Shown: positions 9,085 through 16,500, counted from the stretch's first letter. The stretch is DNA of 64,000 bases from a virus (IMGVR_UViG_3300028888_000003), one strand, 5' to 3'. Made by a program: numbers and translations. Notes: generated by a model not told the origin, from the letters alone.

Positions 9085-9558
9085 ATGAAACTGTTAATAA
9101 TCTTTATTGTCTTAAATGTGGTCAATGTTATAATGCAGACCGTCAAATCAATAGCAACTCTTAAATGTGGTAAGGTAGTAGCAAGTCTTATCAATGCTAT
9201 AACCTACGGACTTTATACTGTTGTAATTGTATATATGGTTTGCGAATTACCTTTATGGCTGAAAGCCCTCATAATCGGCTTAGCCAATCTTTTCGGTGTT
9301 TACTTTGTTAAATTATTTGAAGAAAAAGTAAGAAAAGATAAACTTTGGAAAGTTGAATGTAATATCAATTCCGAAAATTTCACACAATTTTATGATACAA
9401 TTCGAGGAATAGGCATTCCGTTTAATTTTAATCCGACAAACAATGGTTATATTACTGTAAATCTTTTCTGCGAAACACAAAAAGAAAGTCACACAATAAA
9501 AGAAATCTTAAATAAATTTGATATTAAGTATTTTGTTACTGAAACAAAAACTCTTTGA
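9085..9558 (+). CDS. membrane protein (3 predicted TM helices) with soluble C-terminal domain
   Basis: hydrophobic N-terminal 90 aa; RBS AAAGGAAAG. Confidence 0.55.
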   Translation: MKLLIIFIVLNVVNVIMQTVKSIATLKCGKVVASLINAITYGLYTVVIVYMVCELPLWLKALIIGLANLFGVYFVKLFEEKVRKDKLWKVECNINSENFTQFYDTIRGIGIPFNFNPTNNGYITVNLFCETQKESHTIKEILNKFDIKYFVTETKTL

Positions 9559-9605
9559 TTACACAAGAAAGGTCGGGCAACCGACTTTTTCTTGTTATAG
9601 AATTT

Positions 9606-9680
9606 TAGACGTATTACGTCTAAAAATATTTAAAATAAATAGAAAAAAGTATTGACTTTAAAAATATTATATGATATAAT
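9606..9680 (+). promoter_or_regulatory. palindrome + TTGACT/TGATATAAT promoter
   Basis: palindrome 9606-9622. Confidence 0.6.
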
Positions 9681-9717
9681 AAAGATGTTCCAAAGGGGCA
9701 GAAAGGAAGGAAAAAAT

Positions 9718-10053
9718 ATGAAACTTGCAAGTGCAAACAAAATTCGGGAAACCGAAATCCGCAAAATTTTTGAGTTCTACGGCGGTGCTGAGAATGATTG
9801 CGGTATGATTGCCTCAAACTCGTTTAATATTCCTATTGTTGCAGAGAACGGAGAAGAAGGTTGGCTTGAAGTTGTCGCAAAAGTAACTAAAGATAACGGT
9901 GATGACGGCTACCTTAAAAGACAGGCTTATGAAATCAATCTTGCGGACAAGGCAAAAAGGAAAGCCGAAGTCGAAAAAAAGAAAGCTAAAAAAATAGCCG
10001 CCGATGAAAAGCGGAGAGCAGAGCTCAAAGCAAAAGCAGAGCCGACCGCATAA
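9718..10053 (+). CDS. hypothetical protein with K/A/E-rich tail; paralog of 14803..15147
   Basis: shared IxSNSFNxPIVAxNGEEGW block; RBS AGAAAGGAAGGAAAAAATATG. Confidence 0.65.
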   Translation: MKLASANKIRETEIRKIFEFYGGAENDCGMIASNSFNIPIVAENGEEGWLEVVAKVTKDNGDDGYLKRQAYEINLADKAKRKAEVEKKKAKKIAADEKRRAELKAKAEPTA

Positions 10054-10097
10054 GACAAAGAGTGGAGGAAACTCCACTCCATCTTTATCCATAATTT

Positions 10098-10174
10098 TAG
10101 ACGTAGTACGTCTAAAAACCATTAAAAAAATTTTTTTAAAAGGTATTGACAAATAAATAATACTATGATATAAT
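10098..10174 (+). promoter_or_regulatory. palindrome TAGACGTAGTACGTCTA + TTGACA/TGATATAAT promoter
   Basis: palindrome 10098-10114; leader hairpin CTTGTCAAGTAGGGAG...CTCCCTA...GACAAG follows. Confidence 0.6.
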
Positions 10175-10239
10175 TATCTTGTCAAGTAGGGAGAGCGATG
10201 GCAAACTCCCTATAATATAAGACAAGAAAGGAAAATCGT

Positions 10240-11109
10240 ATGAATTACGAAAAAAAGGTTGACCGCAGAAAAAAGTATTATTTAATACTTGATTGCGAAA
10301 CCGCAACACTCCCTTGTGCCGAAAGTTATGGTGCAGAGGAAAAGAAAATAATAGCAATAGCAAAACCCCTTATCTATGATTTAGGTTGGCAGATTATTGA
10401 CCGCAAAGGAAAAGTGTATAGCAGAAAATCTTATTTGATTTCTGAAATATTTTCCGTTCCCTCAATTTTCAATACCGCCTATTACGCAAGCAAAAGACCT
10501 ATCTATCTTGACCGCCTTGCAAAAAACGAAACAGTATTGACCGATTGGAAAACGGCTACGGCAGACCTCGTTACCGATATGGAAAAGGTCGAAAGCATAG
10601 GTGCTTATAATTCTATGTTTGATTTCAAAAAAGCAATACCCTTTACAGAGTTGTATATCAACAAACTGTATTCGCAAGACTATTATGAGTGGGAAAAAAT
10701 GCAAACCGCAATTTGTGAGCATATTGCAAAAGGCAATTACTCCACAAAAAGCAGTAAAAACTTTGAACACGATTTGTTCCGTTTTCGTGGCAAGGAATAC
10801 CCTCTCTTTGATATATGGGGATTGAGTTGTCAGCACATACTTAATAATGACAAGTATAAGCAGACTTGTCTTGACAATTCGTGGCGGACCGCAAGTGGTA
10901 AGTATTTCAAAACCTCTGCTGAAACTTGTTATCGCTTTTTCAAAGGCAACAATGAATTTGAAGAAAGCCACACCGCCATTGACGATAGCACGATTGAAAG
11001 TGAACTGTTCACCGAAATTCTCAAAAGAACAAATAACAATTTTGCTATGGGCATAACTTATTTTCCGTTCCGTATTCTCGGCAAGGTTGAGGAATTTTCC
11101 TCGCCTTGA
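10240..11109 (+). CDS. DnaQ-like 3'-5' exonuclease (DEDDh)
   Basis: Exo I LILDCETA, Exo II YNSMFDF, Exo III HTAIDDS. Confidence 0.7.
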   Translation: MNYEKKVDRRKKYYLILDCETATLPCAESYGAEEKKIIAIAKPLIYDLGWQIIDRKGKVYSRKSYLISEIFSVPSIFNTAYYASKRPIYLDRLAKNETVLTDWKTATADLVTDMEKVESIGAYNSMFDFKKAIPFTELYINKLYSQDYYEWEKMQTAICEHIAKGNYSTKSSKNFEHDLFRFRGKEYPLFDIWGLSCQHILNNDKYKQTCLDNSWRTASGKYFKTSAETCYRFFKGNNEFEESHTAIDDSTIESELFTEILKRTNNNFAMGITYFPFRILGKVEEFSSP

Positions 11110-11161
11110 CCGAAAGGGTGTAAAGGAGAAATCCTTTACACCCATTTTCCTATTATAAATT

Positions 11162-11227
11162 TAGACGTAATACGTCTAAAAAATATTCAAAAAAAGTATT
11201 GACTTTTTAGTCACAATCGTTTATAAT
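11162..11227 (+). promoter_or_regulatory. palindrome + TTGACT promoter
   Basis: palindrome 11162-11178. Confidence 0.55.
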
Positions 11228-11285
11228 AAGGGTGTAATCAAGAGAGAGCAAAAAAACAAAAAATAAAAAAAGTTGAGAAAACCCC

Positions 11286-11314
11286 TTGACAAATTAAAAA
11301 TTGTATGCTATAAT
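11286..11314 (+). promoter_or_regulatory. CCCCTTGACAA-17-TGCTATAAT promoter
   Basis: consensus. Confidence 0.55.
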
Positions 11315-11363
11315 ATAAATGTAATCAAGAGGAACGCAAACCTCTTGTTGCAATAAAAAATAG

Positions 11364-11384
11364 GGTGGTGACCGACACCATAGC
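11364..11384 (+). promoter_or_regulatory. leader hairpin variant (TGGTG ACCGA CACCA)
   Basis: loop ACCGAC resembles ACCTAC elements; followed by AGAAAGGAAAG RBS. Confidence 0.4.
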
Positions 11385-11407
11385 CAAAAGGCAGAAAGGA
11401 AAGCACT

Positions 11408-11800
11408 ATGACAAGAAAAGACTACAATCTCGGAGTAATCGCAATCCTCAACGGCAACGAGGTAGCAGAGGACACTCGCAACGAAATCCTTGCCTATGCT
11501 GAAAGCGATAATCAGAAAATCGCAGACCGCAACGCAAAGAGAGCCTCCACTCCCTCAAAGGCACAGAAAGAAAATGAGCCTCTTTACCCTGCTATCCTTG
11601 CTACCCTCAACGCAGATACTCCCACTCTCTCTACCGCAGTTGCTACTACCACAGGTCTGAAAACGCAGAAAGTTACAGGTCTGCTTGGTAATCTTCTGAA
11701 AGAAGGCAAAGTAACAAAGGTATCTGTGCCTGTCAAGGGCAAGGGTAAACAGACAGGTTGGTTGCTTGTTATGAATGATACTGACTCCCTTGTAGACTAA
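11408..11800 (+). CDS. hypothetical protein; paralog of 15654..15995
   Basis: shared NAKRA../P(L/I)Y(P/D)A(I/L)(L/A)A.L motif and C-terminal VKGKG region. Confidence 0.6.
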   Translation: MTRKDYNLGVIAILNGNEVAEDTRNEILAYAESDNQKIADRNAKRASTPSKAQKENEPLYPAILATLNADTPTLSTAVATTTGLKTQKVTGLLGNLLKEGKVTKVSVPVKGKGKQTGWLLVMNDTDSLVD

Positions 11801-11881
11801 CAGATTTTTATCGGTAAGACTACTAAAGTAACCTTTGGGTGTAAAGGGGAAACCCTTTACACCTTTTACTTAAAATAAATT

Positions 11882-11946
11882 TAGACGTAATACGTCTAAA
11901 AACTTTTATATAAACTATTGACAAATTAAAAACTGTATGCTATAAT
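11882..11946 (+). promoter_or_regulatory. palindrome + TTGACA/TGCTATAAT promoter
   Basis: palindrome 11882-11898. Confidence 0.6.
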
Positions 11947-11966
11947 GTATACAAGAGGTGAAGAAA

Positions 11967-12101
11967 ATGACAAAGAAACGAATGAAAGCCGAAAACAATA
12001 AAAAAAGAAGTTCTTGGTTTGGTGTCAATCCGCAAATGAAAGTTATTCCTAATAAGAAAAAAGAAAACGAAAAAAGAAAATGCAGAAGAAAGGAGTTTTA
12101 A
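11967..12101 (+). CDS. small basic peptide (44 aa)
   Basis: RBS AGAGGTGAAGAAAATG; K/R-rich. Confidence 0.4.
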   Translation: MTKKRMKAENNKKRSSWFGVNPQMKVIPNKKKENEKRKCRRKEF

Positions 12102-12103
12102 TT

Positions 12104-12289
12104 ATGTATTCAATACACTTTATTTATGATGATATTTATGACATAATAAATTTTGCGAATTTTCACGAAATGATGGATTTCGTTGTTGATTTGGCAAAGG
12201 TTGATACTAAATGTCAGTTTATTATCCGTAATGAAATAGGTGAAACAATTTATAAGTATATCAATCTTGAAAAAAGAGAGGAGTATTAA
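12104..12289 (+). CDS. hypothetical protein
   Basis: RBS GAAAGGAGTTTTAATTATG; ORF-track start 12080 overlaps upstream peptide. Confidence 0.55.
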   Translation: MYSIHFIYDDIYDIINFANFHEMMDFVVDLAKVDTKCQFIIRNEIGETIYKYINLEKREEY

Positions 12290-12290
12290 A

Positions 12291-12479
12291 ATGACAGTAA
12301 AAGATTTAATTAAAGTTCTTGAAACCTACCCACAAGAAGCAACTGTTTTTTATGAAGAGGTTAGTAATGAACTTGAAAAAACAGACATTTATGTAGAAAC
12401 CATTGAAGAAATATTAAAAACTATACCTATGGAACTTATTGATAGGAACTGTCGCAACGGCATAGTCATTTTTCCTTAA
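12291..12479 (+). CDS. hypothetical acidic protein
   Basis: RBS AGAGAGGAGTATTAAAATG. Confidence 0.55.
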   Translation: MTVKDLIKVLETYPQEATVFYEEVSNELEKTDIYVETIEEILKTIPMELIDRNCRNGIVIFP

Positions 12480-12512
12480 AATTAAAAGTCCAATAAAATG
12501 GACTTTTACCCC

Positions 12513-12541
12513 TTGACAAATCAAAAATTCTATGGTATAAT
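12513..12541 (+). promoter_or_regulatory. CCCCTTGACAA-17-TGGTATAAT promoter
   Basis: consensus; preceded by terminator hairpin 12482-12510. Confidence 0.55.
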
Positions 12542-12596
12542 AATTACAGAAATTAAGAAATATTGTATACATACCAGAATGAAAGGATGAATATAA

Positions 12597-12971
12597 ATGA
12601 CAGTAGAAACAAAATATATTGCATATGATAGTAAAGTATTTGATGACGATGATAAATGTGCAGAATATGAATGGCATAATATTGTAGTTCCAGATTTATT
12701 TAACAAATATATTGAAATGTATTTTAGAGAAGAATCTAAAAGAGATTTATCTAATTATACTATTGCTGACTTCTATGATGATTTGATTAATTGTGAATAT
12801 ATGGTAATAAAAGAAAATATACCAGATGATAGTATTATTTTAGATTATGTAGTGTCAAGATATGGCATTCGGATACCAGTAAAAAGAGGTAAATATAGAT
12901 ATGATATTTATTCTGCTAATGGTTGGGAGAAATATGAATATGTTGAACCTGTTAAGTGTATATTTAACTAA
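12597..12971 (+). CDS. hypothetical protein
   Basis: 124 aa, RBS GAAAGGATG. Confidence 0.55.
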   Translation: MTVETKYIAYDSKVFDDDDKCAEYEWHNIVVPDLFNKYIEMYFREESKRDLSNYTIADFYDDLINCEYMVIKENIPDDSIILDYVVSRYGIRIPVKRGKYRYDIYSANGWEKYEYVEPVKCIFN

Positions 12972-13040
12972 TGGAGGTGATACTAAATGAATATGCCGAT
13001 TTTTATGAAATTATCGAGGTATTAGAAAGGAAAAAACAAA

Positions 13041-13286
13041 ATGAAAACTATTTTTATTATCTATTGTGTTACAGTAATTATCTCATTACTTAACGAGTGT
13101 ATCGGATTTTTTGCAGTTAGAGAAATGGCAAAAAAGGGTACAGAATTTAAGAGAAGTAAAATGCCGAAAACTATCGCAACATTCAGGTTATTTTTTGTTG
13201 CATTAATCCCCATTTTTAATGTTATAATTACTCTTTTAGTCTTAATCTGCTTTAACAAAGTAATAAACTCTTTTATTGAAAATTAA
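13041..13286 (+). CDS. small membrane protein (2 TM)
   Basis: hydrophobic helices; RBS AGAAAGGAAAAAACAAAATG. Confidence 0.55.
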   Translation: MKTIFIIYCVTVIISLLNECIGFFAVREMAKKGTEFKRSKMPKTIATFRLFFVALIPIFNVIITLLVLICFNKVINSFIEN

Positions 13287-13324
13287 AAGTCCGTTTTAAC
13301 GGGCTTTTATTTTACTATAGTTTT

Positions 13325-13391
13325 AGACGTATTACGTCTAAATTTATTTAAAATAAATACTTGACTTTTTATTAAAATTGATATATAATAT
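13325..13391 (+). promoter_or_regulatory. palindrome + TTGACT/TATATAAT promoter
   Basis: palindrome 13325-13341. Confidence 0.6.
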
Positions 13392-13396
13392 AGATG

Positions 13397-13535
13397 TTGA
13401 AAGGAGAAAATTACCACGGATTCGGTGTGATGACTTTCAACTACCATATCAGACGGAAGGCTTTAAATCCCACCAAAAACCAGCGTGGGTGGTAAGGAAA
13501 TCAAGAGGTAGTAAAATTGAAAAATTTTGAAAAAA
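13397..13535 (+). ncRNA. candidate small RNA
   Basis: GTTGAAAGG...CTTTCAAC stem; CCCACCAAAAACCAGCGTGGGTGG hairpin; no ORF. Confidence 0.4.
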
Positions 13536-13539
13536 AGTA

Positions 13540-13568
13540 TTGACAATCCTTTCGTGGTATGGTATAAT
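13540..13568 (+). promoter_or_regulatory. TTGACA-17-TGGTATAAT promoter
   Basis: consensus. Confidence 0.55.
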
Positions 13569-13573
13569 ATAAG

Positions 13574-13705
13574 TGTCAAGAGAGGTCGGCAGAGTGCGAC
13601 TTTGCTCCCATAGAGGATAGAGTTCTCACAAAGATAAGTCTGCATAACATCGAGTAAGAGGAACTAAAGGACAGTTGAAAATTTTGCAGAGATTTTCAAA
13701 ACTCT
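13574..13705 (+). ncRNA. candidate small RNA
   Basis: 5' GTCAAGAGAG complementary to 3' CTCTCTTGAC (next -35); no ORF. Confidence 0.4.
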
Positions 13706-13706
13706 C

Positions 13707-13735
13707 TTGACATTTATAAAACAATATGATATAAT
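13707..13735 (+). promoter_or_regulatory. TTGACA-17-TGATATAAT promoter
   Basis: consensus. Confidence 0.55.
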
Positions 13736-13767
13736 AATTACAGAAATTAAGAAAAGGAGATTTTAAA

Positions 13768-13977
13768 ATGAAAGTTCATGTATTTAGAAAAAACATTGTA
13801 ACATTTTCAGAAATTGAATCTGGAGAAATTTTTGAATTTGAAGACAATTTTTATATGAAAATAGAAACAAAAGGGTCGAGATATAATGCAGTCAGCATAT
13901 ACACAGGAAGCATTTGTATGTTTGATGATGATGAAGAAGTCACAAGAGTTAAATCAGCACTTAATATTGAAATGTAA
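13768..13977 (+). CDS. hypothetical protein
   Basis: 69 aa; RBS AAAAGGAGATTTTAAAATG (same leader as 4747 gene). Confidence 0.6.
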   Translation: MKVHVFRKNIVTFSEIESGEIFEFEDNFYMKIETKGSRYNAVSIYTGSICMFDDDEEVTRVKSALNIEM

Positions 13978-13995
13978 ATTTTAGGGAGGAATTAA

Positions 13996-14166
13996 AATGC
14001 TTGAATATTTATGGGTAGTTATTTGTGATGAACAAATTATTTTTGTATCGCCAAATATTAAAGATTGCATTCAATATCAAAATGCCTTCTATGAAAATAC
14101 AGGAGAAGATACAGAAATAGAACAATTTTTCTACAAGAAAAAACTTCAATGGTATCTTGAAGATTA
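13996..14166 (+). CDS. hypothetical protein (56 aa)
   Basis: RBS GGGAGGAATTAAAATG; below ORF-track cutoff. Confidence 0.45.
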
Positions 14167-14200
14167 AAAGTCCGATAAATCGGACTTTTTATTTTATATA
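14163..14200. terminator. bidirectional intrinsic terminator
   Basis: AAAAGTCCGATAAATCGGACTTTTTTATTTT (A-run/hairpin/T-run). Confidence 0.6.
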
Positions 14201-14205
14201 TTTTT

Positions 14206-14222
14206 TAGACGTCATACGTCTA
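14206..14222. promoter_or_regulatory. palindrome TAGACGTCATACGTCTA without downstream + promoter; extra half-site 14256-14268
   Basis: sits inside the transcript of the minus-strand promoter at 14288-14316. Confidence 0.5.
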
Positions 14223-14287
14223 ATTCCAAAAAGTCAAATTTTCTCACCAAATTTTTAGACGTCACCAGAAAAAGGTATCCCTTCCCC

Positions 14288-14316
14288 ATTATACCATATT
14301 CAAACAAAAAAGTCAA
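14288..14316 (-). promoter_or_regulatory. minus-strand TTGACT-17-TATAAT promoter
   Basis: rc: CTTGACTTTTTTGTTTGAATATGGTATAATGGGG. Confidence 0.5.
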
Positions 14317-14339
14317 GAGAAAAATTATAAATAAATTGT

Positions 14340-14400
14340 GAACTTTATTACATTACCATACTACCATATTACCACACTATCATATCACCGCATACCACTA
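14340..14400. repeat. seven tandem degenerate 8-mers (CCAYAYTA), iteron-like
   Basis: ccatacta ccatatta ccacacta tcatatca ccgcatac cactacac cacttcac. Confidence 0.6.
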
Positions 14401-14527
14401 CACCACTTCACGCAGGCGACACCACTGTATAGGAAGCTGCGACCTAAGGGAGCTGCGAGCTATGACCCAAGGCGGCTGCAAATTTTAAGACTACGAGCTG
14501 CGCCGCCACGCCCTTACGAATACGGGG

Positions 14528-14552
14528 CTGCGCTGCACTAAAATTTGACAAG
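14528..14552. promoter_or_regulatory. 25-bp perfect palindrome AAAATTTGACAAGCTGTCAAATTTT
   Basis: two inverted TTGACA motifs; operator-like. Confidence 0.5.
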
Positions 14553-14572
14553 CTGTCAAATTTTAAGAAGCT

Positions 14573-14608
14573 GCATATATATACATATATATATATATAT
14601 ATATCCCC
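14573..14608. repeat. (TA)n / AT-only tract
   Basis: atatatacatatatatatatatatatat. Confidence 0.7.
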
Positions 14609-14612
14609 TTTT

Positions 14613-14641
14613 ATTATACCATAAATTTATTTAAAAATCAA
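14613..14641 (-). promoter_or_regulatory. minus-strand class-B promoter (TTGATTTTTAAATAAATTTATGGTATAAT)
   Basis: rc match to late promoter consensus. Confidence 0.5.
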
Positions 14642-14723
14642 ATTTTCGGCGCACACAACTTTTCATATACAAAATTACTAAATAAATTTCTAAAAAAGAA
14701 TTAAAATTTGGTTATTTTACGAA

Positions 14724-14753
14724 TTGATTTTTTTCAAAATTTGTGATATAATA
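14724..14753 (+). promoter_or_regulatory. class-B promoter TTGATTTTTTTCAAAATTTGTGATATAATATAT
   Basis: same consensus as minus-strand late promoters. Confidence 0.6.
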
Positions 14754-14802
14754 TATTTAGAAAATAAAAAAGAAAGAAAATTTGAAAGGGGAATTTTTCT
14801 AT

Positions 14803-15147
14803 ATGGATAACAAAACTAAAGCCAAGATACGCGCAGAGATGGTAGCGAAGCTCTTTGAAATGTGGAAGGCAGAGAACGACGACATCGGCATGATCACCTC
14901 GAACTCTTTTAACTTCCCCATAGTAGCACCCAACGGTGAAGAGGGCTGGGCTAAAATCACTCTCACCATCACCAACGATGAAGATGACATGGGTTACATG
15001 GAGCGCGAGCAGTACGCTGATAAAGTAAAAGAGGCAGCTGCGCGCAAAGCAAAGGCAGAAGCTGATAAAGCAGCCAAGATCAAGCGCGACGAAGAGCGTC
15101 GGGCGCAGAAGCTCGCCAAAGCAAATAAACCGGCAACCGAAAATTGA
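14803..15147 (+). CDS. hypothetical protein with K/A/E-rich tail; paralog of 9718..10053
   Basis: ATG 14803 after GAAAGGGGAATTTTTCTAT; ITSNSFNFPIVAPNGEEGW block. Confidence 0.65.
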   Translation: MDNKTKAKIRAEMVAKLFEMWKAENDDIGMITSNSFNFPIVAPNGEEGWAKITLTITNDEDDMGYMEREQYADKVKEAAARKAKAEADKAAKIKRDEERRAQKLAKANKPATEN

Positions 15148-15172
15148 TTTTTTTATAAATTTATAGTATAAT
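15144..15172 (+). promoter_or_regulatory. class-B promoter
   Basis: TTGATTTTTTTATAAATTTATAGTATAATATATATAG. Confidence 0.6.
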
Positions 15173-15180
15173 ATATATAG

Positions 15181-15325
15181 AAGGTGAGAGAAAAATCCTT
15201 CCTCAAATTGTAAGTATTCGCGCAGTTAGGTGTTGCTTAGAAAGCAATTTGAGAGTGGGCTTAGGGAGCTGGTTCTCCACTATAAATAACTGAACCGCCA
15301 CCTTTTCTTAAAAGTAAGAAATAAA
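15181..15325 (+). ncRNA. candidate class-B-driven non-coding RNA
   Basis: starts AAGGTGAGAGAAAAATCC like other class-B leaders but no ORF; ends before next promoter. Confidence 0.4.
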
Positions 15326-15327
15326 AA

Positions 15328-15357
15328 TTTGAAAAAGTTTTAAATTTCTGATATAAT
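15328..15357 (+). promoter_or_regulatory. class-B promoter
   Basis: TTGAAAAAGTTTTAAATTTCTGATATAATATATATAG. Confidence 0.6.
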
Positions 15358-15365
15358 ATATATAG

Positions 15366-15528
15366 AAAGTGAGAGAGAAATCTAAAACTTTCAAGGTCGC
15401 GCGGAGCGGCCTCCCGAGAAAGCCGGGTAGTTATAGGCTATTCGCCCGCCGTGGTTCCCTGCACTCCGCCCTTCCTTTCCATATATATTATAACAAGCCG
15501 GTTCTTATCAAAGAAATAAGAAAAGAAA
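15366..15528 (+). ncRNA. candidate structured non-coding RNA (GC-rich core)
   Basis: GCGGAG...CTCCGC and CCCG-AGAAAGC-CGGG stems; ORF-track 15369-15605 starts with GTG and has no RBS. Confidence 0.4.
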
Positions 15529-15530
15529 AA

Positions 15531-15560
15531 TTGATTTTTTCTAAAAAGTTTGTTATAATA
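15531..15560 (+). promoter_or_regulatory. class-B promoter
   Basis: TTGATTTTTTCTAAAAAGTTTGTTATAATATATATAG. Confidence 0.6.
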
Positions 15561-15620
15561 TATATAGAAAGTGAGAGAGAAATAAAAAGTAACTCGCACT
15601 TCTAAAAATAAAAAACTTTT

Positions 15621-15645
15621 GGGTCGTGACCTACCACGAGAAAGA
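15621..15645 (+). promoter_or_regulatory. conserved leader hairpin (stem TCGTG/CACGA, loop ACCTAC)
   Basis: compensatory changes relative to 6175 and 7337 copies. Confidence 0.5.
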
Positions 15646-15653
15646 GGAATATT

Positions 15654-15995
15654 ATGACTAACAGAGAATTCTACACCGCAGTTATCAACGCAAACGTAAA
15701 CGCTGAGCTTACCGAGTTCGCGCAGACCGCAATTGAGAAGCTCGACACTGCCAACGCTAAGAAAGCAGAGAAGCTCGCTGCTAAGAGAGCCGAAGAGCAG
15801 CCTATCTATGACGCTCTTGCCGCTGTTCTGACCGAAGAGCCGCAGACCGCTTCTGATCTCGCCGCTCAGGTTCCCGAGATTACTTCTGTTCAGAAAGCAA
15901 GCTCAATGCTTCGCAAGCTTGTTGATCTCGGCGTCGCAGTTTCTACTGACCTTAAGGTAAAGGGTAGAACTGCAAAGGGTTATGCGAAAGCGTAA
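15654..15995 (+). CDS. hypothetical protein; paralog of 11408..11800
   Basis: 113 aa; RBS AGAAAGAGGAATATTATG. Confidence 0.6.
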   Translation: MTNREFYTAVINANVNAELTEFAQTAIEKLDTANAKKAEKLAAKRAEEQPIYDALAAVLTEEPQTASDLAAQVPEITSVQKASSMLRKLVDLGVAVSTDLKVKGRTAKGYAKA

Positions 15996-16045
15996 TCCCT
16001 TCCCTACGGGTTAGCCTTTTTCAACGGAATCACATAAATAGACGA

Positions 16046-16080
16046 GAGAGTACAGCTTCGCTGTACTCTTTTGTCTTATG
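16046..16080. terminator. bidirectional terminator
   Basis: AGAGAGTACAGCTTCGCTGTACTCTTTTGTCTT. Confidence 0.6.
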
Positions 16081-16083
16081 TTG

Positions 16084-16204
16084 TTCTGCGCGACCGTCAT
16101 CTCGAGCGTTCATAAGCGTCACTCTTGTACGTACATAGGCGAGGTCGCCGCACAACTACAAATTTTAAACCCCTATATTTATATTTATATTTCCCCTTTA
16201 ATTA
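16084..16204 (-). ncRNA. candidate minus-strand non-coding RNA
   Basis: from minus class-B promoter 16210-16238 to terminator at 16046-16080; contains GGTCGCGCAGAA motif. Confidence 0.35.
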
Positions 16205-16209
16205 TAACA

Positions 16210-16238
16210 AAAATTTTAAAAAAAATCAAACTTTTTTC
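16210..16238 (-). promoter_or_regulatory. minus-strand class-B promoter
   Basis: rc TTGATTTTTTTTAAAATTTTTGTTATAAT. Confidence 0.5.
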
Positions 16239-16261
16239 GCAATTTTCCAGTAGTTTTTAGA

Positions 16262-16500
16262 AAAATTCTTATATTTTATCTACATATACTCGATTTTAAG
16301 GGCAATTTTTAGAAAATTCGTAGGGTTTTTCTCAAAAAAGTTATAAGTTTTACTAAATTTACCGAAAATTTACCATTTTTTTAGCGGTTTTATTCGGAAT
16401 TTTAGGAATTTTTGCCCGAAATTTTTCAAATTTTATCCGAAATTTTTAGAATTTTAAGAAAAATTTTAGATTTTTAAAATTTGCTTCATAGTGAAAATTT
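16262..16500. repeat. AT-rich degenerate tandem repeats (GAAATTTTT / CCGAAAATTT units)
   Basis: about 10 units; no ORFs. Confidence 0.55.

Larger units (their letters stand above)
14330..14606 (-). ncRNA. candidate antisense/non-coding RNA with GCAGC (x8) and GGTA/GTGGT (x8) repeats
   Basis: downstream of minus class-B promoter 14613-14641; no ORF with RBS; + strand ORF 14338-14541 lacks RBS and is low-complexity. Confidence 0.4.

Noticed and set aside
1386-14222. The TAGACGT-N3-ACGTCTA palindromes as a CRISPR array or as intrinsic terminators
   Set aside because: Spacing is irregular (0.2-1.7 kb) and the intervening sequences are promoter-driven genes, so this is not a CRISPR array. The hairpin is flanked by T-run upstream and A-run downstream on both strands, so no U-tract follows it in any transcript. 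Real terminators sit separately, just upstream of most copies.
14338-14541. 67-aa + strand ORF over the iteron/GCAGC repeat region
   Set aside because: No RBS or promoter, low-complexity composition driven by the DNA repeats. The region is better explained as an origin-like element or a non-coding RNA.
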